From: Candidatus Eiseniibacteriota bacterium
Lineage (GTDB): Bacteria > Eisenbacteria > RBG-16-71-46
Length of the DNA: 64,000 nucleotides
Assembly: GCA_963776245.1 (NCBI GenBank)
Contig: CAVZLN010000006.1
Location: 352,001-416,000 of the forward strand
Direction: 5' to 3'
In this document: positions 46,105 to 54,917 of the stretch, in pieces
How positions within the stretch are numbered: the stretch's first letter is position 1
Layout of the letters: every line of letters begins with the position of its first letter
Program-made: the position numbers and the translations under genes
Notes under the pieces: generated by a model
What the model was told of the DNA's origin: nothing
Database searches by the model: none
The model's input: the letters and a program-made list of their open reading frames with translations, nothing else

Positions 46105-47544
46105 CGCCGCTCCCCGTCGTGGGGCTCGCCGGCGCTCGCGCCGCTCGGTCGCGTCGCCCGGCTCCGGGCCGATCAGGCGATAGGCGTAGGCCTGGTCGAA
46201 GCGCGCCCCGTCGCTGACCTGGAGCGCGATGTCCCGCGTGCCCGAGGGCATGGAGCCGCGCGGCGCCACCACGAACACCATCGCCGTGCCGGTGCCTCCG
46301 GCCGCGACCCGCAGCACTGGTGCCGGCATCACGAGCTGGAGATCGGGCGCGCCGGCCAGCGCGATCCGATACTCGCGCGGCAGGGAGCCGCGGTTCACCA
46401 CCTTCACGCGGATCAGGTTGGTGATCGCGCCGTCCACCCCGAGCAGGTAGGGTGCGCCGCCGGAGCGCAGCACGGTGATCTCGGCGTCGGTGCGGGTGCC
46501 GAGGTTGAACGCCAGCAGCCCGAGCGCCACCGCGAGCGCGAGCGGGTAGAGCACCACGCGCGGGCGCACCAGGCGTGCCGGCCGCCCCTCGAGCTGGTCG
46601 CGCGACGAGTACCGGATGAGCCCGGGCGGCTTGCCGATCTTCACCATCACCGAGTCGCACGCGTCCATGCACTGGGTGCAGTGGATGCACTCCATCTGGA
46701 GGCCATCGCGGATGTCGATGCCGGTCGGGCACGTGATCACGCACAGCCCGCAATCGATGCAGTCCCCGGCCCGCGCGGGGCGGTCCCGGGTGCCCTTCAA
46801 GCGCGGCTCGCCGCGGCCCGGGTCGTACCCCACGATGAGCGAGCGGCGATCGAGCAGCGCCGACTGCAGCCGGCCGTACGGGCACGCCACCAGGCAGGTC
46901 TGCTCGCGGAACCAGGCGAAGTCCAGGAACATCGCCACCGCGGTGACCGCCATCACCAGGAACGAGGTCGGATGCTCGATCGGCGAGCGCCGCACCCACA
47001 CCGCGAGCCGATCGACGCCGACGAAGTACGCCAGGAACACGTGCGCGAGCCCCATCGCGAGCACCGCGTAGATCGCCCACTTGAGCACGCGCCGGGGGTG
47101 TGGCCGGCGCTGCTCGTCCAGCGTCATGGAGCCGATGCGTCCGCCCTCGAGCCAGCGCTCGATGGGTCGGAACAGGAACTCCATGTACACGGTCTGCGGG
47201 CAGGTCCACCCGCACCACACCCGCCCGAACAGCGCCGTGAACGCGAACAGCGCGATGATCGCGCTGACCAGCAGCAGCATGAACAGCAGCGTGTCGGTGG
47301 CGAGGAACGTGGTGCCGAGCAGGGTGAACTCGCGCCGCGGCAGGTCGAGCAGGACCGAGGGCTTGCCGCCGACGCGCAGGTACGGCAGCGCGATGAACAG
47401 CGCCATCAGGGCGTACGCCACGGCGCGGCGCCGGCGCCACCAGACGCCGGCGGAAGGCCGGGGGCGGATCCAGCGGCGGGATCCGTCCTCGTTCAACGTC
47501 GACAGGACGCGTCCGGGCGGTGCCGGACCGGGTGCGATGCTCAC
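46101..47544 (-). CDS. ccoG: cbb3 accessory ferredoxin-like protein CcoG/FixG
   Basis: GRVWCGWTCPQTV, REQTC..ACPYGR, YDPGRGEPR, CIDCGLCVITCPTGIDIR, ECIHCTQCMDAC; appears joined to ccoH by a likely indel near 46140. Confidence 0.9.
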
Positions 47545-47596
47545 GTCGGTGAGGGTCCCTCCGCGGCCAGGCAGATCCCGGCAGTCGGGCGGCGGC

Positions 47597-48208
47597 CTAC
47601 CTGGCCGCCGTCCCTTCCCGCCACTCTTCCAGCTTGTCGCCCTGGGGCTCCTTCGCCGTCGCCGGATGGGTGGAGTGCAGCGTCAGGACGAACGCCACCA
47701 GCGATTGCAGCTGCCGCGGTTCGAGCTGCGCGCCCCAGTTGGGCATGCCCTTGTCCAGCACGCCCCGGTCCACGGTGGTGTAGATCTGGCTCGGGGCATT
47801 GCCGTGGATCCAGTAGTCGTCGGTCAGGTTCGGTCCGATGTTGCCGCCGCCGTCGGGCTGGTGGCAGGCCGCGCACTTCTCGGTGAAGAGCTGGTGACCG
47901 GCGGCGACCCGGGCCGGGTCGCGGGTCAGGGCGAACAGCCCGGCATCATCCATCACGGCCGCCTTCGGCGCGCCCGCCCCGGCCGCGGCCTGCCGGGTCT
48001 CCCACTTCGCCATCTCGGCCTGGTAACTCGCCAGCCGGCCCTTGCCGCTGCCGACGCCCGGGATGACGTTCGCGAGATAGACCACCGAGAACGCGATCGT
48101 CACCCAGAAGATCCACACCCACCACCCGGGCATCGGATTGTCGTACTCCCGGATGCCGTCGTAGTCGTGCTCGAGGAGCGGGTCCTGCTTCCGATCGGGT
48201 TGGCTCAT
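47597..48208 (-). CDS. ccoP: cbb3 oxidase subunit III, mono-heme CcoP
   Basis: HDYDGIREYDNPMPGWW, one CAACH, GPNLTDDYWIHG, GMPNW. Confidence 0.92.
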   Translation of the reverse strand: MSQPDRKQDPLLEHDYDGIREYDNPMPGWWVWIFWVTIAFSVVYLANVIPGVGSGKGRLASYQAEMAKWETRQAAAGAGAPKAAVMDDAGLFALTRDPARVAAGHQLFTEKCAACHQPDGGGNIGPNLTDDYWIHGNAPSQIYTTVDRGVLDKGMPNWGAQLEPRQLQSLVAFVLTLHSTHPATAKEPQGDKLEEWREGTAAR

Positions 48209-48402
48209 TCGTTGGCTCCTGAGCGGGTCGCGCCCGGAAGGTCGTCGTCGAGCGGCAATCGCGCCGCCTCGTCCATCTCGCGCTCCCGGCCGGGCCAGAA
48301 CGTGCGCACGGCGATGCCCGCGAACGCGATCAGGAACAGGATGAGGCCCACTTCCGCGTAGATCGCCAGACCGGCGCGCCCCACGATGTCCGACAGGCTC
48401 AT
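48205..48402 (-). CDS. ccoQ: cbb3 oxidase subunit CcoQ
   Basis: 65 aa, one TM, ends AARLPLDD; lies between ccoO and ccoP. Confidence 0.85.
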   Translation of the reverse strand: MSLSDIVGRAGLAIYAEVGLILFLIAFAGIAVRTFWPGREREMDEAARLPLDDDLPGATRSGANE

Positions 48403-50576
48403 CGGCTGGCTCCGGCCGGGGCCGGGTCGGCCACGGCGACGGCGGTGCGCTTGATGTCGATCCCGAGGCGCTGCAGGTAGGCCACCAGGGCGACGACCTC
48501 GCGGTCCTCGAGCCCCGACGGCCCGCCCTGCGCCACGATCGCGGCGGCGAGGGTCCGCGCCTGGGCGCGCGCCTGGCCCGCCGCGTCATGCACCGCGTCG
48601 CCGTAGGGCACGCCCAGCATCGCCATGACGTCGACGCGCTTCTGGATGCCCTGGAAGTCGATCCGCGCGGTCATCATGCCCGGGTACGGCGGCATGATCG
48701 AGCGCGGCGTGACCGCCCGCGGGTTCTCCATGTGACGCACATGCCACAGATCGTTGTACTTGCCACCCTCGCGCGCGAGGTCCGGGCCGATGCGGCGCGA
48801 GCCCCACAGGAACGGGTGGTCGTACACCGACTCGCCCGGTTTGGAGTACTCGCCGAAGCGCACCGTCTCGTGGCGCAGCGGCCGCACCATCTGCGAGTGA
48901 CAGTTGAAGCATCCCTCGCGGATGTAGAGGTCGCGCCCCGCCAGCTCGAGCGGCGTGTACGGCTTCACCGACGCGATGGTCGGCACGTTGGAGCGGATCA
49001 GGAAGGTGGGCACGATCTCGAACAGCGAGGCCACGATGACCGCGACCGCGACCCAGACCGAGAAGGTGAGCGGCAGTCCCTCCCACGCGCGGTGCCAGCC
49101 CAGCCCGAAGAAGCCGCCGGGCGCCGGCTCGCGGCCGACCGCCTTCTCGAGCGCCGGCGCCTGGATGACCGGCTCCTCGTAGGCCGCCGGGCGCGACCTC
49201 CAGGTCATCAGGATGTTCCAGCCGAACAGCACCATGCCGAGCAGGTAGAGCGCGCCGCCCATCACGCGCGCCCAGTACATCGGCATCAGACGCATGGTGG
49301 TCTCGATGAAGTCGGGGAACTGGAGACGGCCGGTGTCGTCGAACGCCCGCCACATCAGCCCCTGCGTCAGGCCCGCGCTGTAGATCGCGGCCACGTACAG
49401 GATGATGCCGAACAGCGCGAACCAGAAGTGCGCTTCGGCGAGCCGGCGGCTGTAGAGCCGGGTCTGGAAGATGCGCGGCAGCAGCCAGTACACCATCCCG
49501 AAGGTGAGGAAGCCGTTCCAGCCCAGCGCGCCGGTGTGCACGTGCGCGATGATCCAGTCGGTGTAGTGGGCGAGCGCGTTGACGCTCTTCACCGACAGCA
49601 TCGGGCCCTCGAACGTCGACATCATGTAGGCGGTGACCGCGACCACGAAGAACTTGAGCACCGGGTCGTCCACCACCTTGTGCCACGCGCCGCGCAGCGT
49701 CAGCAGGCCGTTGACGCCGCCGCCCCACGACGGCATCCACAGCATCACCGAGAACAGCATGCCGAGCGTCGAGGCCCACTCCGGCAGCGCGGTGTAGTGC
49801 AGGTGGTGCGGGCCGGCCCAGATGTAGATGAACACCAGCGACCAGAAGTGCAGGATCGAGAGCCGGTACGAGAACACCGGGCGCTCCGCCGCCTTGGGCA
49901 TGAAGTAGTACATGAGGCCCAGGAACGGCGTGGTGAGGAAGAACGCCACCGCGTTGTGCCCGTACCACCACTGCATGAACGCGTCCTGCACCCCGGCGTA
50001 GATCGAGTAGCTCTTGAACAGGCCGGCCGGGACCGCGAGGTTGTTGAAGATGTGCAGGATCGCCACGGTGATGATGCTGGCGATGTAGAACCAGATCGCC
50101 ACGTACAGATGGCGCTCGCGGCGGCGCGCGATGGTGCCGAAGAAGTTCACCGCGAACACCACCCACACCACCGCGATCAGGATGTCGATCGGCCATTCGA
50201 GCTCGGCGTATTCCTTGGCCTGCGTGAAGCCGAGGGGCAGCGTGAGCGCCGCGCCCACGATGATCGCCTGCCAGCCCCAGAAATGCAGGCGGCTGAGCAG
50301 GTCGGAGAACATCCGCGCCTTCAGCAGGCGCTGGGTCGAGTAGTACGCCCCGCAGAAGAACGCGTTGCCCGCGAACGCGAAGATGACGGCGTTGGTGTGC
50401 AGCGGGCGCAGCCGGCCGAAGGTCAGGAACGGGGGCAGGTTGAGGCTCGGCATCGCCAGTTGGAGCGCGACGATCAGGCCGACGAGCATGCCCACGAATC
50501 CCCACAGGAAGGTCGCGGTCATGAACTTCCGCACGATCGCGTCATCGTAGGTGAACGATTCGAGTCGGTCGTTCAT
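48399..50576 (-). CDS. ccoN: cbb3 oxidase fused subunits I+II (CcoNO)
   Basis: GRLRPLHTN, KEYAELEW, QWWYGHN, WAGPHHLHY, HYTDW..HVH, then GRDLYIREGCFNCHSQMVR and WGSRRIGPDL in one clean frame. Confidence 0.97.
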   Translation of the reverse strand: MNDRLESFTYDDAIVRKFMTATFLWGFVGMLVGLIVALQLAMPSLNLPPFLTFGRLRPLHTNAVIFAFAGNAFFCGAYYSTQRLLKARMFSDLLSRLHFWGWQAIIVGAALTLPLGFTQAKEYAELEWPIDILIAVVWVVFAVNFFGTIARRRERHLYVAIWFYIASIITVAILHIFNNLAVPAGLFKSYSIYAGVQDAFMQWWYGHNAVAFFLTTPFLGLMYYFMPKAAERPVFSYRLSILHFWSLVFIYIWAGPHHLHYTALPEWASTLGMLFSVMLWMPSWGGGVNGLLTLRGAWHKVVDDPVLKFFVVAVTAYMMSTFEGPMLSVKSVNALAHYTDWIIAHVHTGALGWNGFLTFGMVYWLLPRIFQTRLYSRRLAEAHFWFALFGIILYVAAIYSAGLTQGLMWRAFDDTGRLQFPDFIETTMRLMPMYWARVMGGALYLLGMVLFGWNILMTWRSRPAAYEEPVIQAPALEKAVGREPAPGGFFGLGWHRAWEGLPLTFSVWVAVAVIVASLFEIVPTFLIRSNVPTIASVKPYTPLELAGRDLYIREGCFNCHSQMVRPLRHETVRFGEYSKPGESVYDHPFLWGSRRIGPDLAREGGKYNDLWHVRHMENPRAVTPRSIMPPYPGMMTARIDFQGIQKRVDVMAMLGVPYGDAVHDAAGQARAQARTLAAAIVAQGGPSGLEDREVVALVAYLQRLGIDIKRTAVAVADPAPAGASR

Positions 50577-50651
50577 CGGGTCTCCTGGGTGGGATCGGAT
50601 CCGTCCGCGCCCCCGTCCAGCCCGGGCGCGGGTCCTGGGAGCGCGCGCCGT

Positions 50652-50681
50652 AACTTACGGTCGCGGTCCGACGCGGGTCAA
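50652..50681 (-). promoter_or_regulatory. Putative sigma70 promoter of the cco operon
   Basis: TTGACC-N18-TAAGTT; the -10 lies inside the palindrome CCGTAA-C-TTACGG. Confidence 0.55.
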
Positions 50682-50695
50682 GGCCGGGTGGCGTC

Positions 50696-50725
50696 TTGTC
50701 GCCCGCGCGCGGCGTCGTGCATAGT
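50696..50725 (+). promoter_or_regulatory. Putative promoter for near-leaderless serA
   Basis: TTGTCG-N18-CATAGT ending 8 nt before the ATG at 50734; no SD seen. Confidence 0.4.
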
Positions 50726-50733
50726 CGTGAGCC

Positions 50734-51987
50734 ATGACACGCGCGCCCCGCCCCCGCACCTCGCTCGGCAAGGACCGCATCCACGTCCTGTTGCTCGAAG
50801 GGGTCCACCGCAGCGCCGTCGAGTGCTTCGAGTCCGACGGCTACTCCCGGATCACGCTCGCCGCCCACGCGCTCCCTCCCCGCCGGCTCGCCCGCGCGCT
50901 GGCCGACGCGCACATCCTCGGCATCCGCTCGCGCACCCGGCTCACCGCCAGCGTGCTCGAGGCGGCGCCGAAGCTGATGGCGATCGGGTGCTTCTGCATC
51001 GGCACGGACCAGGTGGATCTCGCCGCCGCGCGGCACCGCGGCATCCCGGTGTTCAACGCGCCGTTCTCGAACACGCGGAGCGTGGCCGAACTGGTGCTCG
51101 CCGAGATCGTGATGCTGCTGCGGGCCATCCCGGCGAAGAATGCCGCGGCGCACCGCGGCGAGTGGATCAAGTCAGCCGCCGGCGCCCGCGAGGCGCGCGG
51201 CAAGGTGCTCGGCATCGTGGGCTACGGCCACATCGGCACCCAGGTGGGCCTGCTCGCGGAGTCCCTCGGCATGCGGGTGGTGTACCACGACATCGTGAGC
51301 CGGCTGGCGCTCGGCAACGCCACCGCCGTGCGCACGCTCGACGCGCTGCTCGAACGCGCCGATGTCGTGACGCTGCACGTGCCCGAGAGCCCGCAGACCC
51401 GGCGGTTGATCGGCGCGCGCCAGATCGCGCGCATGAAGGCGGGCGCCGCGCTCATCAACGCGTCGCGCGGCTCGGTGGTGGACCTCGACGCGGTCGCCAC
51501 GGCGCTCGAGGCGGGGCATCTGGCGGGCGCCGCGATCGACGTCTTCCCGCACGAGCCCGAGTCCAACGACGAGGTGTTCGACTCACCGCTGATCCACTTC
51601 GACCAGGCGATCCTCACCCCCCACGTCGGCGGCAGCACGGTGGAAGCGCAGGAGAACATCGGCGCCGAGGTGGCCGAGAAGCTGCTCCGCTACAGCAACA
51701 ACGGGACGACGCTCACTTCGGTGAACTTCCCCGAGGTGTCGCTGCCCGAGCACGCGGGCAAGCACCGGCTGCTCCACATCCACCGCAATCAGCCGGGCAT
51801 CCTGTCGCAGGTGAACGACGTGTTCTCCCGCCACCATGTGAACGTCGCGGCCCAGCACCTGCAGACCGACGCCCACATCGGCTACGTGGTCATCGATGTG
51901 GACCCGGGCGGCCGGGGGGACACGCGCCGGCTCCGGCGCGAGCTCGACGCCATCGAGGGCACCATCCGCACCCGGCTGCTCTACTGA
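50734..51987 (+). CDS. serA: D-3-phosphoglycerate dehydrogenase, E. coli-type (type II, ACT domain)
   Basis: GIRSRT, GCFCIGTDQVDL, NAPFSNTRSVAE, GYGHIG, NASRG, TPHVGGST, SVNFP, HRNQPG, IRTRLLY. Confidence 0.95.
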   Translation: MTRAPRPRTSLGKDRIHVLLLEGVHRSAVECFESDGYSRITLAAHALPPRRLARALADAHILGIRSRTRLTASVLEAAPKLMAIGCFCIGTDQVDLAAARHRGIPVFNAPFSNTRSVAELVLAEIVMLLRAIPAKNAAAHRGEWIKSAAGAREARGKVLGIVGYGHIGTQVGLLAESLGMRVVYHDIVSRLALGNATAVRTLDALLERADVVTLHVPESPQTRRLIGARQIARMKAGAALINASRGSVVDLDAVATALEAGHLAGAAIDVFPHEPESNDEVFDSPLIHFDQAILTPHVGGSTVEAQENIGAEVAEKLLRYSNNGTTLTSVNFPEVSLPEHAGKHRLLHIHRNQPGILSQVNDVFSRHHVNVAAQHLQTDAHIGYVVIDVDPGGRGDTRRLRRELDAIEGTIRTRLLY

Positions 51988-52014
51988 CCCGACGCGGCGA
52001 CCGGGGGAGAGTGA

Positions 52015-52044
52015 AGGCCCGTGGAGCTCGCGCTCCACGGGCCT
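52015..52044. terminator. Hairpin between convergent serA and the 830-aa gene
   Basis: AGGCCCGTGGAGC-TCGC-GCTCCACGGGCCT, perfect 13-bp stem. Confidence 0.65.
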
Positions 52045-52075
52045 CACGTTCAACCGCAGAATGCCCGCTACGCGG

Positions 52076-54568
52076 CTACCGCACGACCAATACCTTTCGG
52101 CTCGCGGTCAGGCCGTTCGAGGACAGCTTGATGAAGTAGGCCCCGCCCGCCACGTTCCGGCCGCCTTCGCCGCGGCCGTCCCACTTGATCGTGTGGGGGC
52201 CGGCCGAGAGCGTGCCATCGATGAGCGTGCTCACCCGCCGGCCGCTCGAGTCGAACACCTCGAGCCGCGTGGCCCCTTCGCGCGCGATCGCGAACCGGAT
52301 CGCCACCGATCCGCTCGTCGGGGTCGGGACCGTCGACCGGATGCCGAAGTCGACATCCTCCTTCGTCGGCGGCACCGAGAGCGCCCCGCAGTCGCACGCC
52401 GTGACGCACAGATTGAGCACCGCTGGCACCCCGGCACAGTCGAACTGGAGTGCGAAACAGCACGTCGTCCCGGGCGCCACCACCGCCGCCGCGCTCATCG
52501 AGACGAATCCGGTCCAGCCCGGTGGGATCGGGTTCGGGGCCGGCGTCAGGTCCTCGTTGAGCAACTGCACCCCGAATCCCGGACACAGCCCCGTCACGCT
52601 CCACGGCGCGCCCACCCCGCAGGTGGTGCTCTTGACGTGGATCATCGTCCCCGGTCCGCCCGAGCACACGATCACGTCGCCGAAGTGACGGTCCACGTGC
52701 CCCGTCACGCCGGGCCCGTTCCAGACGATGTCCATGTTCCCGTTCCAGATGGTGTCCTGCGGGCAGGGCACCCCGGGCAACGGTCCGGTGGCGGGCGACA
52801 CCACGAGCGGCTCCGGAGGCAGCGCCGCCAGCGGCACGTCGGTGAACACGTCGAAGAAGCTGTTCGGCGCGATCGACGGCACGCTGAATCCCCCGATCGG
52901 CCCAAAGTTCGGCATGAACACCCCGAACTCCTGCGACATCATCGTGCCGCTCACCGGCACCGTCGGCGCGTTCGGGCTCGGGTTCCCCCAGCGCAGGTGG
53001 AAGCGCACGACGCCGCCGATGTTGTGCCAGTCCACCTGGTCCAGCGTCGGCCCGTGGTTGCCGCACTCGCATGCCGTCGCGCACACGTCGAGGGTCGCCA
53101 CGCTCCCGGCGCAGTCGAACTGGAGCACGAAGCAGCACATCGTCCCCGGTGTCACCCCGGACACCGCGGTCACTGAGATGAACCCGGTCCAGGCCGGCGG
53201 GATCGGGTTCGGCGCCGGTGTCAGATCCTCGTTCACCAGGGTCGCGCTGAATCCCGGGCACAGGCCGCTCACGCTCCACGGGGCGGGCGCCGCGCAGGTC
53301 GTGCTCTTGACGTGGACGAGGGTCGGTCCGCCTCCCGGGCACACCACCAGGTCGCTGAAGTGGCGCAGCACCTGTCCCGTGCCACCGGGGCCGCTCCAGA
53401 TGACGTCCACGTTGCCGTCCCAGATGGTGTCCGGCAGACAGGGCGCGCTGGTCGCCGACAACGCGCCGGGCTGTCGCCCGGGCGCTCCCGGCGCGCCACC
53501 CGGCAGGATCTTCAAAGGCTCCTGCGGGAGCGCGTCCAGCGGCACGTCGAAGAACACGTCGAAGAAGCTGTTCGGCTGGATCGGCGGCACGTTGAACGCC
53601 CCGATCGGACCGTAGTCCGGCAGGAACACGCCGAACTCCTGCGACATCATCTGGCCGCTCACCGGCATGGTCGGGGAGTTCGGGCTGGGGTTCCCCCACC
53701 GCAGGTGGAATCGCACCACGCTGCCGACGTTGTGCCAGTCCACCTGGTCCAGCGTCGGGCCGTGATTGCCGCAATCACACGCGGTCGCACACACATCGAT
53801 GGTCGCCGGCCTCCCGTCGCAGCTGAAGTTCAGCATGAAACAGCAGGTCGTCCCGGGCAGCACCGTCGCCACCGCCGAGACCGAGATGTACCCGGTCCAG
53901 CCCGGCGGGATCGGGTTCGGCGCCGGCGTCAGGTCCTCGTTCACCAGTGTGGCGCTGAAGCCCGGGCACAGCCCGGCCACGCTCCACGGGGCACCGATCG
54001 CGCAGTCGGTGCTCCGGACGTGGATGTAGGTCGGCCCGCCTCCGGGGCACACGACCAGGTCGCCGAAGTGGCGCACCACTTCTCCCGACACCCCGGCGCC
54101 GCTCCAGATGACGTCGACGTTGCCGTCCCAGATGGTGTCCGGGAGACAGGGCGCGGTCGTCGCCGACAGCGCGCCGGGCGGGCGCTGACCGGCGAGCGGC
54201 GCACCGGCGGGCCCCGGGCGGATCTGCTGCGGTTCCGGCGGGAGCTGCGAGAGCGGCACCTCGAAGAACACGTCGAAGAAGCTGCTCGCCGCGATCGCCG
54301 GCACGTGGAAGGTGCCGATCACGCCGTAGTCCGGCAGGAAGACGCCGAACTCCTGCGACTTCATGATGCCGCTCACGGGCACCGTCGAGCCGGTGGGCTC
54401 CGGGTTGGTCCAGTGCAGATGGAAGCGGACGTTCGGCTCGCCGCTCGCGCCATTCACCTTCACCCAGTCCACCGATCCCAGCGTCGGGCCGGTCTGGGCG
54501 AGCGCGCCGGGAGCGGACAAGAGCAGAACCACGCCGAGGAGTGCTGACCATCCGAGGATGCGTCTCAT
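52076..54568 (-). CDS. Secreted protein with three Cys-rich ~230-aa repeats and a C-terminal FlgD-Ig/T9SS-like sorting domain
   Basis: Signal peptide ending PGALA-Q; three repeats; CTD IRFAI...LEVFDSSGRRVSTL...WDGRGEGG..VAGGAYFIKL...RKVLVVR. Confidence 0.85.
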   Translation of the reverse strand: MRRILGWSALLGVVLLLSAPGALAQTGPTLGSVDWVKVNGASGEPNVRFHLHWTNPEPTGSTVPVSGIMKSQEFGVFLPDYGVIGTFHVPAIAASSFFDVFFEVPLSQLPPEPQQIRPGPAGAPLAGQRPPGALSATTAPCLPDTIWDGNVDVIWSGAGVSGEVVRHFGDLVVCPGGGPTYIHVRSTDCAIGAPWSVAGLCPGFSATLVNEDLTPAPNPIPPGWTGYISVSAVATVLPGTTCCFMLNFSCDGRPATIDVCATACDCGNHGPTLDQVDWHNVGSVVRFHLRWGNPSPNSPTMPVSGQMMSQEFGVFLPDYGPIGAFNVPPIQPNSFFDVFFDVPLDALPQEPLKILPGGAPGAPGRQPGALSATSAPCLPDTIWDGNVDVIWSGPGGTGQVLRHFSDLVVCPGGGPTLVHVKSTTCAAPAPWSVSGLCPGFSATLVNEDLTPAPNPIPPAWTGFISVTAVSGVTPGTMCCFVLQFDCAGSVATLDVCATACECGNHGPTLDQVDWHNIGGVVRFHLRWGNPSPNAPTVPVSGTMMSQEFGVFMPNFGPIGGFSVPSIAPNSFFDVFTDVPLAALPPEPLVVSPATGPLPGVPCPQDTIWNGNMDIVWNGPGVTGHVDRHFGDVIVCSGGPGTMIHVKSTTCGVGAPWSVTGLCPGFGVQLLNEDLTPAPNPIPPGWTGFVSMSAAAVVAPGTTCCFALQFDCAGVPAVLNLCVTACDCGALSVPPTKEDVDFGIRSTVPTPTSGSVAIRFAIAREGATRLEVFDSSGRRVSTLIDGTLSAGPHTIKWDGRGEGGRNVAGGAYFIKLSSNGLTASRKVLVVR
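52388..54496 (-). repeat. Three tandem intragenic repeats (about 54496-53771, 53770-53063, 53062-52388)
   Basis: Recurring GPTL..VDW, RFHL.W.NP, SQEFGVF, SFFDVF, NEDLTPAPNPIPP.WTG, CCF and C.TAC.C. Confidence 0.95.
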
Positions 54569-54823
54569 GGGGAGTCCCTCGCGAGAAACGCTGGCGGCCG
54601 GTGCGAGGACGACCTCGCACCGGGCGGCCGGTGAGACGTGGCGGTGGGATCGAGACTAGAGGCGCACGTGAGGTGGGTGACGCTTCACCATGCCTGGCTC
54701 CTTGTGGGGGTGGTGGACAGGCTGGTCATCGCCGGCGCAGCGGTGCGGCCACCCTCTGCAGGAGGGTCAGACCCTCGGCGCGATCCGCGAGGAGTCGCGA
54801 TTTCTGGACCGGATTGTCGAGGG

Positions 54824-54853
54824 AATGTAGGTATCGGGTTCTGGACGCGTCAA
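54824..54853 (-). promoter_or_regulatory. Putative sigma70 promoter of the 830-aa gene (about 250-nt leader)
   Basis: TTGACG-N18-TACATT. Confidence 0.5.
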
Positions 54854-54917
54854 GGGTCAATCTCATGTCGGAGGGCCTCGTGGGCGCGGGGCCCGGGCGC
54901 CATCCAAGCCGCCGGGA

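Noticed and set aside
45616..47544. Apparent CcoG-CcoH fusion (642-aa ORF)
   Set aside because: An ATGA overlap sits at the ccoH start (46101-46104), and the shifted frame just upstream reads AGC GCC GGC GAG CCC CAC GAC GGG GAG CGG CGA TGA with typical codons. A single indel near 46140 explains the join.
48399..50576. CcoN-CcoO fusion as a novelty or an artefact
   Set aside because: The frame is clean and the fusion is a known architecture in several phyla.
50577..50733. FNR/FixK box upstream of ccoN
   Set aside because: No TTGAT-N4-ATCAA match on reading the spacer.
52388..54496. Repeats as a CRISPR array or DGR template/variable repeats
   Set aside because: They are ~700-bp in-frame coding repeats with no spacers, and there is no cas or reverse transcriptase gene in the window.
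30460..54817. Recurrent CGGATTGT motif in intergenic regions (about 30462, 42131, 54810) as a shared operator
   Set aside because: On the minus strand it reads ACAATCCG, resembling a -10 hexamer plus downstream bases. It is too short to call an operator without a genome-wide test.
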